Origin: a virus
Direction: 5' to 3' (one strand)
Length of the DNA: 64,000 nt
Virus record (IMG/VR): IMGVR_UViG_3300028584_001241
Within the stretch, counting starts at the first letter, position 1. Each line of letters begins with the position of its first letter. The translations under genes were made by a program, and so were the position numbers. Of the stretch, positions 1 through 10,142 are shown one piece after another. Below the pieces are notes generated by a model. That model saw only the letters and a list, made by a program, of their open reading frames with translations. It did no database searches and was not told the origin of the DNA.

Positions 1-277
1 TGTATAATAATAAGTCATTACCTTGTTTATTAATGATAACCCCAGTTTTGTCTAAATCTTTTGTAAATTCAGCTTGTTGAGTTTCAAGATAAGCTCGTTT
101 CTCAATACTCATTTCAGCCGGTATTGCCGCTGGTGCTACTACGGGTGGAGTCACAACTTGATCATTACTGATAATTTCTGAATAACCACTTTGTTCTGTA
201 TAATAGTTGGTCGTCACTGCACACCCACTGACAGCAAGTGCCAGTGATGAACAGATAAATAAGGTTAACTTATTCAT
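1..277 (-). CDS. lipoprotein, 5' part (runs off window), probably a third OmpA-cluster gene
   Basis: Read manually: ATG at 277, MNKLTLFICSSLALAVSGCAVTT... with lipobox VSGC; frame open to window edge. Confidence 0.7.
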   Translation of the reverse strand, partial: MNKLTLFICSSLALAVSGCAVTTNYYTEQSGYSEIISNDQVVTPPVVAPAAIPAEMSIEKRAYLETQQAEFTKDLDKTGVIINKQGNDLLLY

Positions 278-283
278 ATTATA

Positions 284-940
284 TTACTGCTGTTGCTTGT
301 TGATGATTTGAATCTCAACACGGCGATTGGTTTGTCTACCTTCTTCGGTACCATTGTCAGCAATCGGTTGACGTGGGCCATAGCCAACAGCTTGTACGCG
401 ATCTTGTGTAATGCCTTCTGAGACAAAATAGTTAGCCACTGAATAAGCACGTTTTTCAGACAAGACTTGGTTCTTTTCAAAAGTGCCAGTATTGTCAGTA
501 TGACCAATTACCACAATGCTACTGGTGTTGTACTCTTTTAATGAAGTTGCAATGGATTTCAAGACTGGGTAGAAAGATGAAGCTATGTCTGATTGTGCTG
601 TATTGAATGTAATGTTACCCGGCATAATCAAATGGAGCGTATCGCCTTCACGTTGAAGTTGAACACCAGTTCCTCTTAGCTGGTCAGCTAGTTTCTTTTC
701 TTGTACATCAGTGTAATAACCATAACCTGCACCAGAAGCACCACCCACAGCGGCCCCAATCAATGCACCTTTCTTACCACCTACCAACGCACCTACGGCA
801 GCACCACCAAGGGCACCGAAACCACCATATTTAGCACTTTTAGCAGCTTGACTTTCACCAGTATATGGATTGCTTGTGCAACCAGCTAAACCACCCATTA
901 AAAGTGCTGCTGTTAAAACTGATATTGTAAATTTACGCAT
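284..940 (-). CDS. OmpA-family lipoprotein with glycine zipper (YiaD-like)
   Basis: Lipobox LAGC, Gly-zipper GALGGAAVGALVGG, OmpA C-domain motifs GHTDNTG, LSEKRA, NRRVEI. Confidence 0.92.
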   Translation of the reverse strand: MRKFTISVLTAALLMGGLAGCTSNPYTGESQAAKSAKYGGFGALGGAAVGALVGGKKGALIGAAVGGASGAGYGYYTDVQEKKLADQLRGTGVQLQREGDTLHLIMPGNITFNTAQSDIASSFYPVLKSIATSLKEYNTSSIVVIGHTDNTGTFEKNQVLSEKRAYSVANYFVSEGITQDRVQAVGYGPRQPIADNGTEEGRQTNRRVEIQIINKQQQ

Positions 941-978
941 AAGTTATTCTCCTGATTTATTTATTGTTTGTTCAATGA

Positions 979-1518
979 TTAGATATTGTTTATTTGTATT
1001 TCAATTCGTCTATTTTTAATTTTATCTTCACTATCCGGGTCTTTAATGATAGGGAATTCACTTCCTACACCATAAAAACTTATTCTTTTTTCTCTAATGT
1101 TTTTAGCTTGCATGTAATCTTTCAATTCTAAAGATTTTCGTGTTGTAATGACTAATCCAGCATAGAATTCAAGTTTATTATCAGTATGCGATACAATTTT
1201 CAACTGGCTATGTGGAGAAATAACAACCATATCAGCAATAATATCCAAATCTCTTATTATGGATGGCTTGATGGTTTCATTGTCACTTTCAAAAACATCT
1301 AAATCACTCGCCGTTAATACCAAACTCGTTGAGTTTTTGGCGATATCCCACTTATTACTTAATCGTTGTGTCAATTCTTTCTCTTGATAATCTGTTACAA
1401 CACTCATTGTCACATTATCTTCAAGTAGAAAAGCAGGTGGTGTGGTGGCTTGATTACTGGAACAAGCTCCTAGTAGTAAAGAACTACACAACACAGCACC
1501 TATTATCATTTTATTCAT
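979..1518 (-). CDS. OmpA-like domain lipoprotein (divergent)
   Basis: Lipobox LGAC; SHTDN and NRRIEI motifs. Confidence 0.75.
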   Translation of the reverse strand: MNKMIIGAVLCSSLLLGACSSNQATTPPAFLLEDNVTMSVVTDYQEKELTQRLSNKWDIAKNSTSLVLTASDLDVFESDNETIKPSIIRDLDIIADMVVISPHSQLKIVSHTDNKLEFYAGLVITTRKSLELKDYMQAKNIREKRISFYGVGSEFPIIKDPDSEDKIKNRRIEIQINNI

Positions 1519-1531
1519 TTTTTATTTACTC

Positions 1532-2125
1532 CTAACAAACTTTTCCACCATGTTTATGTGGGCGGCTCACATTATATTCATGTTTAATATCAAGAATTTC
1601 TGTCATATTCCAACCTTTCTTATGGAAGAAATAAGCTATTTTAACCACTGTTTCAGCTAAAAACAAGAACTCCTTCTCAGTTTTTTTCATGTGTGACTTT
1701 GCAGCATCACAAATAGAGATAGCCACAGATATATGAAATTCTAAATCACTGTGTAAATCTTGTAATTCTTCATAACAACGTATGTTATTCAACTGAGCAA
1801 CTTCTACAATTAAATCATTAATGGTGTTAATCGGATTGAATGATACAAAAAATTGAGTTTCTAAGAATTTAGAAAAATTGACGTTAGCATAACCTGAGTA
1901 GTCAAATATACGAATTAAGACATCAACTAGCTCAACTGACTGTCCTTCTGGTTTGCCATCTACGAGATAAAAATCCTCTTTTGATGAACGAACTTCCTCA
2001 GTAGCTTCTGAGATTTCAGATAACATTAATGCAAATCTTTCAATAGATGTTGTGGGTCTTTCATACCAACCCTTGTTAACGGAATTCTCGTAAGATTGTT
2101 TCAAATAGTCTTGTATTTTTTTCAT
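1532..2125 (-). CDS. MazG-like nucleotide pyrophosphohydrolase
   Basis: SEISEATEE...ELVDVLIRIFD acidic motif and C-terminal KHEYNVSRPHKHGGK. Confidence 0.8.
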   Translation of the reverse strand: MKKIQDYLKQSYENSVNKGWYERPTTSIERFALMLSEISEATEEVRSSKEDFYLVDGKPEGQSVELVDVLIRIFDYSGYANVNFSKFLETQFFVSFNPINTINDLIVEVAQLNNIRCYEELQDLHSDLEFHISVAISICDAAKSHMKKTEKEFLFLAETVVKIAYFFHKKGWNMTEILDIKHEYNVSRPHKHGGKVC

Positions 2126-2252
2126 GTAATATATACCATTATTAATGAAAATAATTTACTACAAATATAAAAAAAGTCAAACAAGAAAACCTATTAGTTT
2201 GACTTGCCTTCTACATTAATGTATAATAATGGACATTTAAGGAGTTTGCTTA

Positions 2253-2975
2253 ATGGATAGATTTAGTGTTAGAGAGGATAAATTTCCATACAGTAGCAGC
2301 GTAGGTGGCTTATACCTTAACCATGCGATTGATGATAAACAATCTGTTCAAATTGCAAGAAAGCTCTCTGAAAAATGGTTGCCTGATGGGAATTGTCTGC
2401 TTGAATTAGAAATGGATATACCCCAAGCCAAACAAATTAGAGAATTAGGTAAAAAATATGTTTCATTGGTTCAAGGTAAATATGAGAAGAATAAAAAGAT
2501 TAGAAAAGTTTATTTGAATAAACTCATTGAACTGGGTTGTATTGATATGAGTGAGATATCCAAAATGTATCACGCTGACAGTATTACAGAAGACGAATAT
2601 TTAGAAAAAACAGTAATGAGAGTGCCCTTTGACTTCAACGGCATTAAAAAGATATATACAAACCTGACACTGAATAAAATGTTTTATCATATTCAACTAG
2701 ATAGGATTATAGAGTTTGTGTGTGTTGAATTATTTGTTTATAACGCTAAAATGACATTTCTCAGTAGTGACTTTGAAGGCTTAGAGTTTTGCAAGCTGTT
2801 AAAAAGTGTAGAAGTTGCGTCACCAAAAGAAACTCAAGATGAGATGTTGCATGCATGCATTAACGAACGATTACATAAGAGAATTACTAAAAAAATTGGT
2901 ATGGATGTTGATATGAATGATTTTCAAAAGAACTTCGACAGCTATAAAGCCATTTATGACATGTGGAAGGTATAA
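2253..2975 (+). CDS. hypothetical protein, paralog of 2963..3709
   Basis: Shares LPDGxCLLEL, VPFDxNG, DMWxV with the next gene; SD AAGGAG. Confidence 0.8.
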   Translation: MDRFSVREDKFPYSSSVGGLYLNHAIDDKQSVQIARKLSEKWLPDGNCLLELEMDIPQAKQIRELGKKYVSLVQGKYEKNKKIRKVYLNKLIELGCIDMSEISKMYHADSITEDEYLEKTVMRVPFDFNGIKKIYTNLTLNKMFYHIQLDRIIEFVCVELFVYNAKMTFLSSDFEGLEFCKLLKSVEVASPKETQDEMLHACINERLHKRITKKIGMDVDMNDFQKNFDSYKAIYDMWKV

Positions 2976-3709
2976 TTATGACTAAGTTTATAGTAAAAGA
3001 ATACAGTTCACCTTATCTATCAACATCTGTTAAAAATTTGATGCTAACGATAAACAACAACAATTCAGACAGAATTGCTTATGTTCATACAAAAAAATAT
3101 TTACCTGATGGAAGTTGTCTATTAGAACTCGATAGTGAAGATTTCAAAAGAGAGAGTGCAGAAAAATGGGCACCCAATAATTTTTTACAAATTAAAGACT
3201 ATGCTAAAAAATGCAGAGAGATCCGTGAAATCTATGTCAATAAATTGGTAGAATTAGGTTGTTTTAATCTTGAAGATGTTAGAATGCTTAATACATCAAA
3301 ATTTAGGTTAAAAGAAACAGAAGATACCGCTTACTTAACACGAGTACAAATACAGGTTCCTTTTGACATTAATGGTAAAAGAACAATCTATAAGAATTTA
3401 ACAGAATCGCGTTTCTATTATCATCTTGAGACAGACAGATTGATAGAGTTTATGTACAGTGAACTGTATGTTTACAATTCAAAGATGTTTTTTTTAACAA
3501 GTGATATAGAAGGATTAGAATTGTTAAACCCATTAAAACAAATTGAAGTGGCTTCAACAGAAGAAAATAGGCATAAATTTATAGAAAACTGTATTTATAC
3601 AAGGTTGTACAAAAAAATGACTAAAAAAATAGGTATAGAGGTGAGTCTGGAAGACTTTCAGAATAACTTCGACAGATACAAAATGGTATACGACATGTGG
3701 AGAGTTTAA
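2963..3709 (+). CDS. hypothetical protein, paralog of 2253..2975
   Basis: Colinear similarity to the upstream gene; likely start ATG 2978. Confidence 0.8.
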   Translation: MEGIIMTKFIVKEYSSPYLSTSVKNLMLTINNNNSDRIAYVHTKKYLPDGSCLLELDSEDFKRESAEKWAPNNFLQIKDYAKKCREIREIYVNKLVELGCFNLEDVRMLNTSKFRLKETEDTAYLTRVQIQVPFDINGKRTIYKNLTESRFYYHLETDRLIEFMYSELYVYNSKMFFLTSDIEGLELLNPLKQIEVASTEENRHKFIENCIYTRLYKKMTKKIGIEVSLEDFQNNFDRYKMVYDMWRV

Positions 3710-3712
3710 ATT

Positions 3713-4744
3713 ATGTATTTTATTGAATTTGAAAAATTAAGCAAGCTAACACCCAGCGATTGGAAAAACTCACCTGTTGGGGTTAATGCATTAAGTATAT
3801 TTAAAAGCTTGTATGAAACAAGTAAAAATCGTGACTTTCTTATTCCAAAAGCCTCTCTTCAAATAACAGAAGATTTCTTATTTGTGACATCAGCTAATAA
3901 GAATATGGTTACATTTAATCCTACCGCTGAAGACGAAAAGAAAGAATATATGAGTCATTCTTTCATTGTTAATAAAAACCACAGTAAATTTCCAACGTCT
4001 AGAATTTATGGATTAAAAGAACAACTAGAATCAAGTCCTAATATTTTGTTAGCTAAGGACGTATTCAAGTCTACTTACCGTTCTGATTTAATTCCTGAAT
4101 ACAATTATAATATAACCCTCGATTATATGACCAAGTATAAACACAATAAAGCTAACGAACATAGAAAAATATTTGATGAACAAATAAAACCGATTGCGGA
4201 TCACTGTATTAAAGAAATCATTGATGTCTTTTCTCAATATGGTGAGGTGGAATTATCACCACCCAGAAAACAAAACAGTCGAACATTAAACTATTTTATT
4301 AAAAATTCTATAAATTTCATTGTTGAAATCGCACAGAAAGAAGAATTCAAAATTGGTTCCAATGGAGAGTTGATACCTAATTTAAAACTTGAAGTTCGTT
4401 TACAACAGTCTGACGTTTATGAAAAGAAGGTAAAAGAGAAAGATGGTACCATTGTTGTTAAAAAATTTAACGAGCGGTATATAAAACAATCAGGTTATAA
4501 ACATTTCACAATTGAAATCAGAAACTTTGAATTTTTAAAGAAGCCTGCTTACTATGCTATATCAATGACACCACATGGCTATCTTCGTTTGAAAAAATCT
4601 TACTCAAAAGAATTCTTCAAAAAGATTATTTTCCATTACCAGTTCAAAAAGTATTTCGAAAAATACGAAATTGAGCTGGAATTAGACGAATTAGAAGACA
4701 ATCCACAAGCGTTTTTTGATTTAGTAGCAATGTTGAATTTTTAA
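3713..4744 (+). CDS. hypothetical protein with C-terminal M-x-x-hydrophobic tail
   Basis: 343-aa ORF ending LVAMLNF. Confidence 0.75.
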   Translation: MYFIEFEKLSKLTPSDWKNSPVGVNALSIFKSLYETSKNRDFLIPKASLQITEDFLFVTSANKNMVTFNPTAEDEKKEYMSHSFIVNKNHSKFPTSRIYGLKEQLESSPNILLAKDVFKSTYRSDLIPEYNYNITLDYMTKYKHNKANEHRKIFDEQIKPIADHCIKEIIDVFSQYGEVELSPPRKQNSRTLNYFIKNSINFIVEIAQKEEFKIGSNGELIPNLKLEVRLQQSDVYEKKVKEKDGTIVVKKFNERYIKQSGYKHFTIEIRNFEFLKKPAYYAISMTPHGYLRLKKSYSKEFFKKIIFHYQFKKYFEKYEIELELDELEDNPQAFFDLVAMLNF

Positions 4745-4745
4745 C

Positions 4746-4941
4746 TTGATTTTTTGTTTAAATTGCTTTAAGATAGAAGAATATTCACACATTAATGGAG
4801 AAATCTCATGTAACTAATTATATCACGCTAATAAATGACGAATGCATAACTAAACATATAGCATAACTATAAATCCATTTTGATGGAAGTTATCTTATGT
4901 CCTTAAAAGTCGTTTATTGCTTAATAATTAGGAGATTTCAC
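4746..4941 (+). promoter_or_regulatory. promoter plus structured leader with ATG-TAA start-stop element
   Basis: TTGATT(4746)-17-TAAGAT(4769); GGAG-7nt-ATGTAA at 4808; nested inverted repeats 4800-4939 cover the SD of the next gene. Confidence 0.65.
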
Positions 4942-5700
4942 ATGGTCACATATAGTAATGCAGTAAGACACCTCAGTAATTCCAAATGCAAAGAATTTAA
5001 CAAAAAATTTACAAATAAGATAGCCCTTGAAATATGGGGTGACGATTCATGTTGTGATTCATTTTGTTGTTGTTATGATGATGACGACTATTTAAGTGAT
5101 GAGCAATATGAATGGTCGTATGAATATATGGAAAAAAGAAGTCATTTGTTTTACGAGAACATTTCAAGTTTGAAAACTGTATTCACAACAGATTTCTTGG
5201 ATGACGTAAAAGCAAGACAATCTGCAGAAATAGACGCATTAACAGTTTATCTTAAAGTTAAAGCAAAAGATTTGATAGAAGGTTATAATTCAGAATTTTT
5301 TGCAGAGTTTTTTGATGAAGGTAATAAATATAATTTAGAATTATATGCAATGGTCAATTATAAAGATTTCGATTTAACAAAAATTAGAAGTATAGATATA
5401 GCGGTTATGAATCCTTTCAATCGTGAGGAAGGTGATTCATATGGTATGGGGCGTAATTCAATGTACAAATTTAATGTATATTATGAGAAACATACGAACA
5501 TCATGTTCTCTACGATTTCATTTTTTTATAGAAATATGCAAAGAAGAGAAATTCCAGAGTGGTGTGAGACAATGGAAGAAACGATTATGTATATGTATCT
5601 AGATGCACCGCAATATAAAAAGTTAAAAGAAATTTTTGATATAAAAGAAGTTATAAAAGATATAAGCATGTTTGATGTGTTAAAAATGTATATGGTTTAA
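4942..5700 (+). CDS. hypothetical protein with Cys/Asp-rich patch
   Basis: AGGAG at 4930 favours ATG 4942 over 4897; DDSCCDSFCCCYDDDD; ends KMYMV. Confidence 0.75.
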   Translation: MVTYSNAVRHLSNSKCKEFNKKFTNKIALEIWGDDSCCDSFCCCYDDDDYLSDEQYEWSYEYMEKRSHLFYENISSLKTVFTTDFLDDVKARQSAEIDALTVYLKVKAKDLIEGYNSEFFAEFFDEGNKYNLELYAMVNYKDFDLTKIRSIDIAVMNPFNREEGDSYGMGRNSMYKFNVYYEKHTNIMFSTISFFYRNMQRREIPEWCETMEETIMYMYLDAPQYKKLKEIFDIKEVIKDISMFDVLKMYMV

Positions 5701-5701
5701 T

Positions 5702-5725
5702 ATAATCCCTCAGTAGAGGGATTAT
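5702..5725 (+). terminator. intrinsic terminator hairpin
   Basis: ATAATCCCTC-AGTA-GAGGGATTAT directly after the stop codon. Confidence 0.65.
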
Positions 5726-5880
5726 TCCTTTGTAGTCTTTCTATATTTTAAACAAGTACTTATATTTTACATTCTTAAAAGTTCAATGAAAATGTGTAAA
5801 TATCATTATTTAAATAGTATTTTAATATTTTGTTTTGATTTTTTTATAGTATAATAATACTATCAAACAAAGATTTTTTT

Positions 5881-6504
5881 ATGATTTACGAGCATTACAA
5901 GGTTAATAAAAAAAGTTTATTAGAAAATATAAGTACAGCAACAATTGTAAAGTTAGCCATACTGCTTGCACTCATATTAATATTAGCTTCTATATTAATT
6001 ACACGAGATGTTATTAACTACAAACAAAGTGTTAATCAGACCATATTAAAAGGCTATCTACAATCATTAGAATTAAAGACAGCCTATGGTTACAACCACC
6101 CAGAACAAAAAGTTGATATCGCATTAACTGAGTATGCATTGAACTATTTGGTCACTGAAAGTCAACTATGTAATAAAAAAACTCAATTAACACTAAAAGA
6201 AGACGATAAGAAAATATCCTTTATAGAGTGCCAAGAAATAACCAGAATAAGTCAAGATCCAATGGGTAAACATATAAGTGTTTTTATCCCTCAAAGGAAT
6301 AACAATGACCAATATGCTAATACACTAACAACCGTTTCTGAGTATAGATTTTTTATTGACTTTCGTGAAGGGGAACCCTCATTACTTAACTACAAATGGA
6401 ACTTGATTGATAGAAAAGGTAAGCTTAGGTCATTAGAATTCTGTGAAACACATCCTAACTTGTGTAAATACATCTATGTTGCAAAAGGAAAAAATAAGCC
6501 CTAG
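5881..6504 (+). CDS. membrane-anchored hypothetical protein
   Basis: N-terminal hydrophobic helix; ends at TAG within a hairpin. Confidence 0.7.
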   Translation: MIYEHYKVNKKSLLENISTATIVKLAILLALILILASILITRDVINYKQSVNQTILKGYLQSLELKTAYGYNHPEQKVDIALTEYALNYLVTESQLCNKKTQLTLKEDDKKISFIECQEITRISQDPMGKHISVFIPQRNNNDQYANTLTTVSEYRFFIDFREGEPSLLNYKWNLIDRKGKLRSLEFCETHPNLCKYIYVAKGKNKP

Positions 6505-6515
6505 AAAGGGCTTTT

Positions 6516-7094
6516 TTAATTTAAAATATTAATTATTTTACTATTTACAAACTTATATTCTTTATCAAGATAGCCATCGGCTAATTCTAGATCCAGTCCA
6601 TATGTTTTTGATTCTTCACTTCTCAATAAAATATCGTTGATATTTAATTGATGTTCAATCATATCAGCTATTTCTAAGAATTCTTTTTGATTATCAATCG
6701 TTTTTCTCAAACTAGACACTAATTTATTCGTTTTCTTTGCATTTATTTTAAACTTACGATTCGTTTTATAATATTTAAAAAGTTTAATTAACCATTTCAA
6801 AGAAAAGAATGCTCCAACCATTGTTAAAAAATACATTAATACCTTGCTTAAACTCTCAAAGTTATAATTGTTAATTTGTGGTGTCACTTCTTTGACAACG
6901 ACTTTAACAGGATCAGCCTTCACAACCGGCTCAGCAATAACTTTTTTGGGTAATGTTGTTGGTCTTTCAGTCTGCATTTCAATTGCTGAATTAGGTTGAT
7001 CAACTTGTTTACGACCTTCGTCTAGTGCATGGGGTGCTGAAGCAATTGCAACAACTACCATAATTGAAATGAACATTACAATAATAAGCAACAT
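6516..7094 (-). CDS. membrane protein, paralog array member 4 of 4
   Basis: Two TM segments; NNYNF motif shared across 6516-9446. Confidence 0.75.
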   Translation of the reverse strand: MLLIIVMFISIMVVVAIASAPHALDEGRKQVDQPNSAIEMQTERPTTLPKKVIAEPVVKADPVKVVVKEVTPQINNYNFESLSKVLMYFLTMVGAFFSLKWLIKLFKYYKTNRKFKINAKKTNKLVSSLRKTIDNQKEFLEIADMIEHQLNINDILLRSEESKTYGLDLELADGYLDKEYKFVNSKIINILN

Positions 7095-7095
7095 A

Positions 7096-8124
7096 TTATA
7101 CCTCCTTAAGATTGCTAATTAAATTGTTATTGATAAATTGACTGGTATCTTTCATTTTTTCGTTCACAGCCATCAGTTCTACAACATTATTGTTTTTGTT
7201 TAATCGCTCAATTAAAATATTATTAATAACAATTTGATCATTAATATGCTGGCTGATAGCGAGTTGGTTATCTTGATTACTGATAGATAAATTAAAACTA
7301 TCAATAAGTTGTTTACTTTTTTTAATTTCTCTTCTAAGTTTAAATGATTTACTAAAAGATGACAAACCTTTGAAAGAAACAAAAGCCGCGAAACAAGCCA
7401 ATAAAGAATAACCCAAGGTTGTTAACCCACTGTTCAATTTATCAAAATTATAGTTGTTCACCACTGATGGAACTGGTGTAGGCGGTTCTGCTTTAACTAT
7501 ATCTTGCTTAATAGAAATAGGCTGATTATTTTTATGAATTTTTTGTCTTAATTCTGCTATATTTTCTGGACTTATTGAGCGTTCATCTTTCTTTAATATT
7601 CCATTTTGTGAAATATAGACAGATGACTCAACACCCGTATTATAAAGGGATGAATAAACAACAAGGAGGAAAGAAGCAAAAAATATAAATCCTACCAATG
7701 TAGCGACTTTAAATTGTTTATCTTTTGTTATTTGTTTAGCTTCCATATTGGCTATGTAATAACTTTTCACATAATCAAATCCAGCAATTTCGTCGTCACT
7801 AAATGTTGATTCTGATTTAATCTTTGACTTCTTAGCTGTCTTTTTGTAAGTATCGAATAAACGTTCATACTGTTTATCATAGTGTTTACGCTGTTCATGC
7901 ATTTCATAGTCTGTAAGATATTCAAAATCCTCAGAGGTTACATCATCTTGATCACCTTCATAATGAAATGAAACTGAATCATCTGAAGGTGGATCTGAAC
8001 GTTCAAAGTCATAATCAAAATCGTGAGTGTCATGACTCGTTTTAAGCCCACTATCACCCTGTGAGCCGACATCACCCACCTTGTGGTTTTCTTCAATATA
8101 TTTATCAAATTCACTCATATTCAT
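7096..8124 (-). CDS. membrane protein, paralog array member 3 of 4, acidic N-terminal extension
   Basis: VNNYNFDKLNSG followed by TM and KKSK motif. Confidence 0.75.
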   Translation of the reverse strand: MNMSEFDKYIEENHKVGDVGSQGDSGLKTSHDTHDFDYDFERSDPPSDDSVSFHYEGDQDDVTSEDFEYLTDYEMHEQRKHYDKQYERLFDTYKKTAKKSKIKSESTFSDDEIAGFDYVKSYYIANMEAKQITKDKQFKVATLVGFIFFASFLLVVYSSLYNTGVESSVYISQNGILKKDERSISPENIAELRQKIHKNNQPISIKQDIVKAEPPTPVPSVVNNYNFDKLNSGLTTLGYSLLACFAAFVSFKGLSSFSKSFKLRREIKKSKQLIDSFNLSISNQDNQLAISQHINDQIVINNILIERLNKNNNVVELMAVNEKMKDTSQFINNNLISNLKEV

Positions 8125-8149
8125 TGTACACCTATTATTCTCATTGTTA

Positions 8150-8839
8150 TTAACTTAAATTATACACAAGGCTACGTTCTGCAAATGTAAGGCTAGCTTG
8201 TAATTTATCATTCACTACACTTAATTCTGGTATATGATAGCTATTTTTATTTTGGTCAATGACTGCATTGTTAAAACGTAACTGGTCTGTAATTATCTTG
8301 CTATAATCAAGATAGGTTGTTGAGTTATTAATATCAGTTTCAAAAGCTGTCAATATATGTTTACTTTTTTTGATTGCATTTTTAACCGATAGATTTTTAG
8401 CAACTTTACCAATACCTTTAAATGAACAGAAAAATACAAAAATAGCGAGTATAATACTGGCTAAATAAGTAATACCTGAATTCAAGTCTTCAAAATGATA
8501 ATGGTTTTCATTTTGTTCAATAATCGGTTGTGGAGCTTTAACGACAACAGGTTCAGGAGCTACTGGTTGAATAGGATCTTTTCTCATTTCTGGTATAGTC
8601 ACAGGTCTGAGTTTTAAAGATCCAGAAGCATTGCTGGACATCCCCTTATAGTCCTTTAACTCAGTCACCACTGGTTGCAATAGTTCATGTTTAACTTCAG
8701 CGACTTCTGGTGGCGTGATATCAGGTTCAGGTGATTTACTAAGGATTCCAAGAGCAATTGAAGTTGAAATAGTAAAGACCGACATAAGTACCATTAGATC
8801 GAGCAATGAAAAACCTGCTTGTTTAGTTTTTGAAATCAT
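8150..8839 (-). CDS. membrane protein with prepilin-like N-terminus, array member 2 of 4
   Basis: KQAG/FSLLDLMV resembles a type IV prepilin cleavage site; ENHYHFEDLNSG. Confidence 0.7.
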   Translation of the reverse strand: MISKTKQAGFSLLDLMVLMSVFTISTSIALGILSKSPEPDITPPEVAEVKHELLQPVVTELKDYKGMSSNASGSLKLRPVTIPEMRKDPIQPVAPEPVVVKAPQPIIEQNENHYHFEDLNSGITYLASIILAIFVFFCSFKGIGKVAKNLSVKNAIKKSKHILTAFETDINNSTTYLDYSKIITDQLRFNNAVIDQNKNSYHIPELSVVNDKLQASLTFAERSLVYNLS

Positions 8840-9446
8840 TTAATATTTTCCTTTCAATAAAAATGAGTTTATCTTTCATCATCTGGTTACTGACAATAAG
8901 AGGGCTAACTGATGGATTGTTTTTATTAATTTGAAGCAATAAATTATTAAAAGCCACTTGTTCAACGATTTTCTTATTATAATCAATAGAACGTTTAACA
9001 TCATCAACCACATTATCAAATTCAGCCAAAAGTTGATTACTTTTCTTTTTTGCTTTGGCTAAAACGAATGATGTTCTACCAAATCCAATAATTTTATAAA
9101 GAATAAAGAACATTAAGGCCGCACCACCTAAGCCAGCAAACGCCATCAATCCAGTATTCAATTCTTTAAAATGATAATGATTTTCAACGATCTCTTCTTT
9201 CATAACAACAGGAACATTCTCAGATTTTGGTTTAATTATTTCTAATGGTTTTTTATTAATAGCTACAATAGTTTTTTCATCAAACTCTTTACTAGTGTGG
9301 AGTTCTTTTTTATAGCATGAACTATCCACACACTTATAAGAAGCTTCTGGCTGAGATTCATGTTTATTTTGTACCATAGCTCCTGCTCCAATCATACAGC
9401 CGACTGTAATAGCAAGGATAATAAAAACTTCGAGAATACTGATCAT
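8823..9446 (-). CDS. membrane protein, array member 1 of 4
   Basis: Likely start MISILEVFII at 9446; ENHYHFKELNTG plus TM. Confidence 0.7.
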   Translation of the reverse strand: MISILEVFIILAITVGCMIGAGAMVQNKHESQPEASYKCVDSSCYKKELHTSKEFDEKTIVAINKKPLEIIKPKSENVPVVMKEEIVENHYHFKELNTGLMAFAGLGGAALMFFILYKIIGFGRTSFVLAKAKKKSNQLLAEFDNVVDDVKRSIDYNKKIVEQVAFNNLLLQINKNNPSVSPLIVSNQMMKDKLIFIERKILNDFKN

Positions 9447-9609
9447 TTTTTTTCTCCGAGATCCATCTGTCCCAGTTAAAAACAGATGAATGAAATAATA
9501 GCAGATTGTAATCACCTTTTCAATCCCTTATTGCCTTTTTTTAAAGATATTATCAATTTTTGTTGTAAATATTTTATTGAAATATTTTAATAATATGGTT
9601 AAAAAAGTG

Positions 9610-9638
9610 TTGACTTTGATAAAAATAAGGCGTAGAAT
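9610..9638 (+). promoter_or_regulatory. sigma70 promoter of the Pth2 operon
   Basis: TTGACT-17-TAGAAT. Confidence 0.75.
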
Positions 9639-9671
9639 TATAACTGTAAATCAAACAAAGGAGATTACATC

Positions 9672-10133
9672 ATGTTGTAGATTGATAATACTGAATTCGA
9701 CTTCATCACAAAAGAGGCTATTCTTAGCCAATACACTCAATTTGTTCCTTCGGACAAAGACTCACATTACTACATCTATTCAATCATTCGCGGCGATTTA
9801 AATATGCCAACAGGTAAGCTCGCAGCTCAAGCTGGTCACGCTTATACAGATGCATTGACAAACGCACAAGAATCACACCCAGATAACGTTAAACATTATA
9901 GAAATCGTCAATCAGGCGGCTCTAAGGTTACGTTAAAAGCCAAAAACGAAGATCATTTAATTAAAGCATACAACCAAGCTGTTGCTGCTGGATTGCCATG
10001 CTCAATTATTGTCGATCAAGGCCACGTTTTACCACCACACTTTGATGGTTCGCCAATCATTACCGCTCTCGGTATTGGGCCTTGCACCAAAGAACAAGTA
10101 AAACAAATCACCAAGAAATTTCAGTGTGTATAA
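9672..10133 (+). CDS. pth2: peptidyl-tRNA hydrolase Pth2 family, with in-frame TAG at codon 3
   Basis: YIYSIIRGDLNMPTGKLAAQAGHA, KVTLK, DQG, TALGIGP are Pth2 motifs; SD AAGGAG then ATG TTG TAG ATT; the conserved first strand lies upstream of the track's ATG 9804. Confidence 0.85.
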
Positions 10134-10142
10134 GGGGGACTT

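Noticed and set aside
9577-9801. 74-aa ORF upstream of pth2
   Set aside because: Overlaps the promoter and the true pth2 5' region in another frame; no SD
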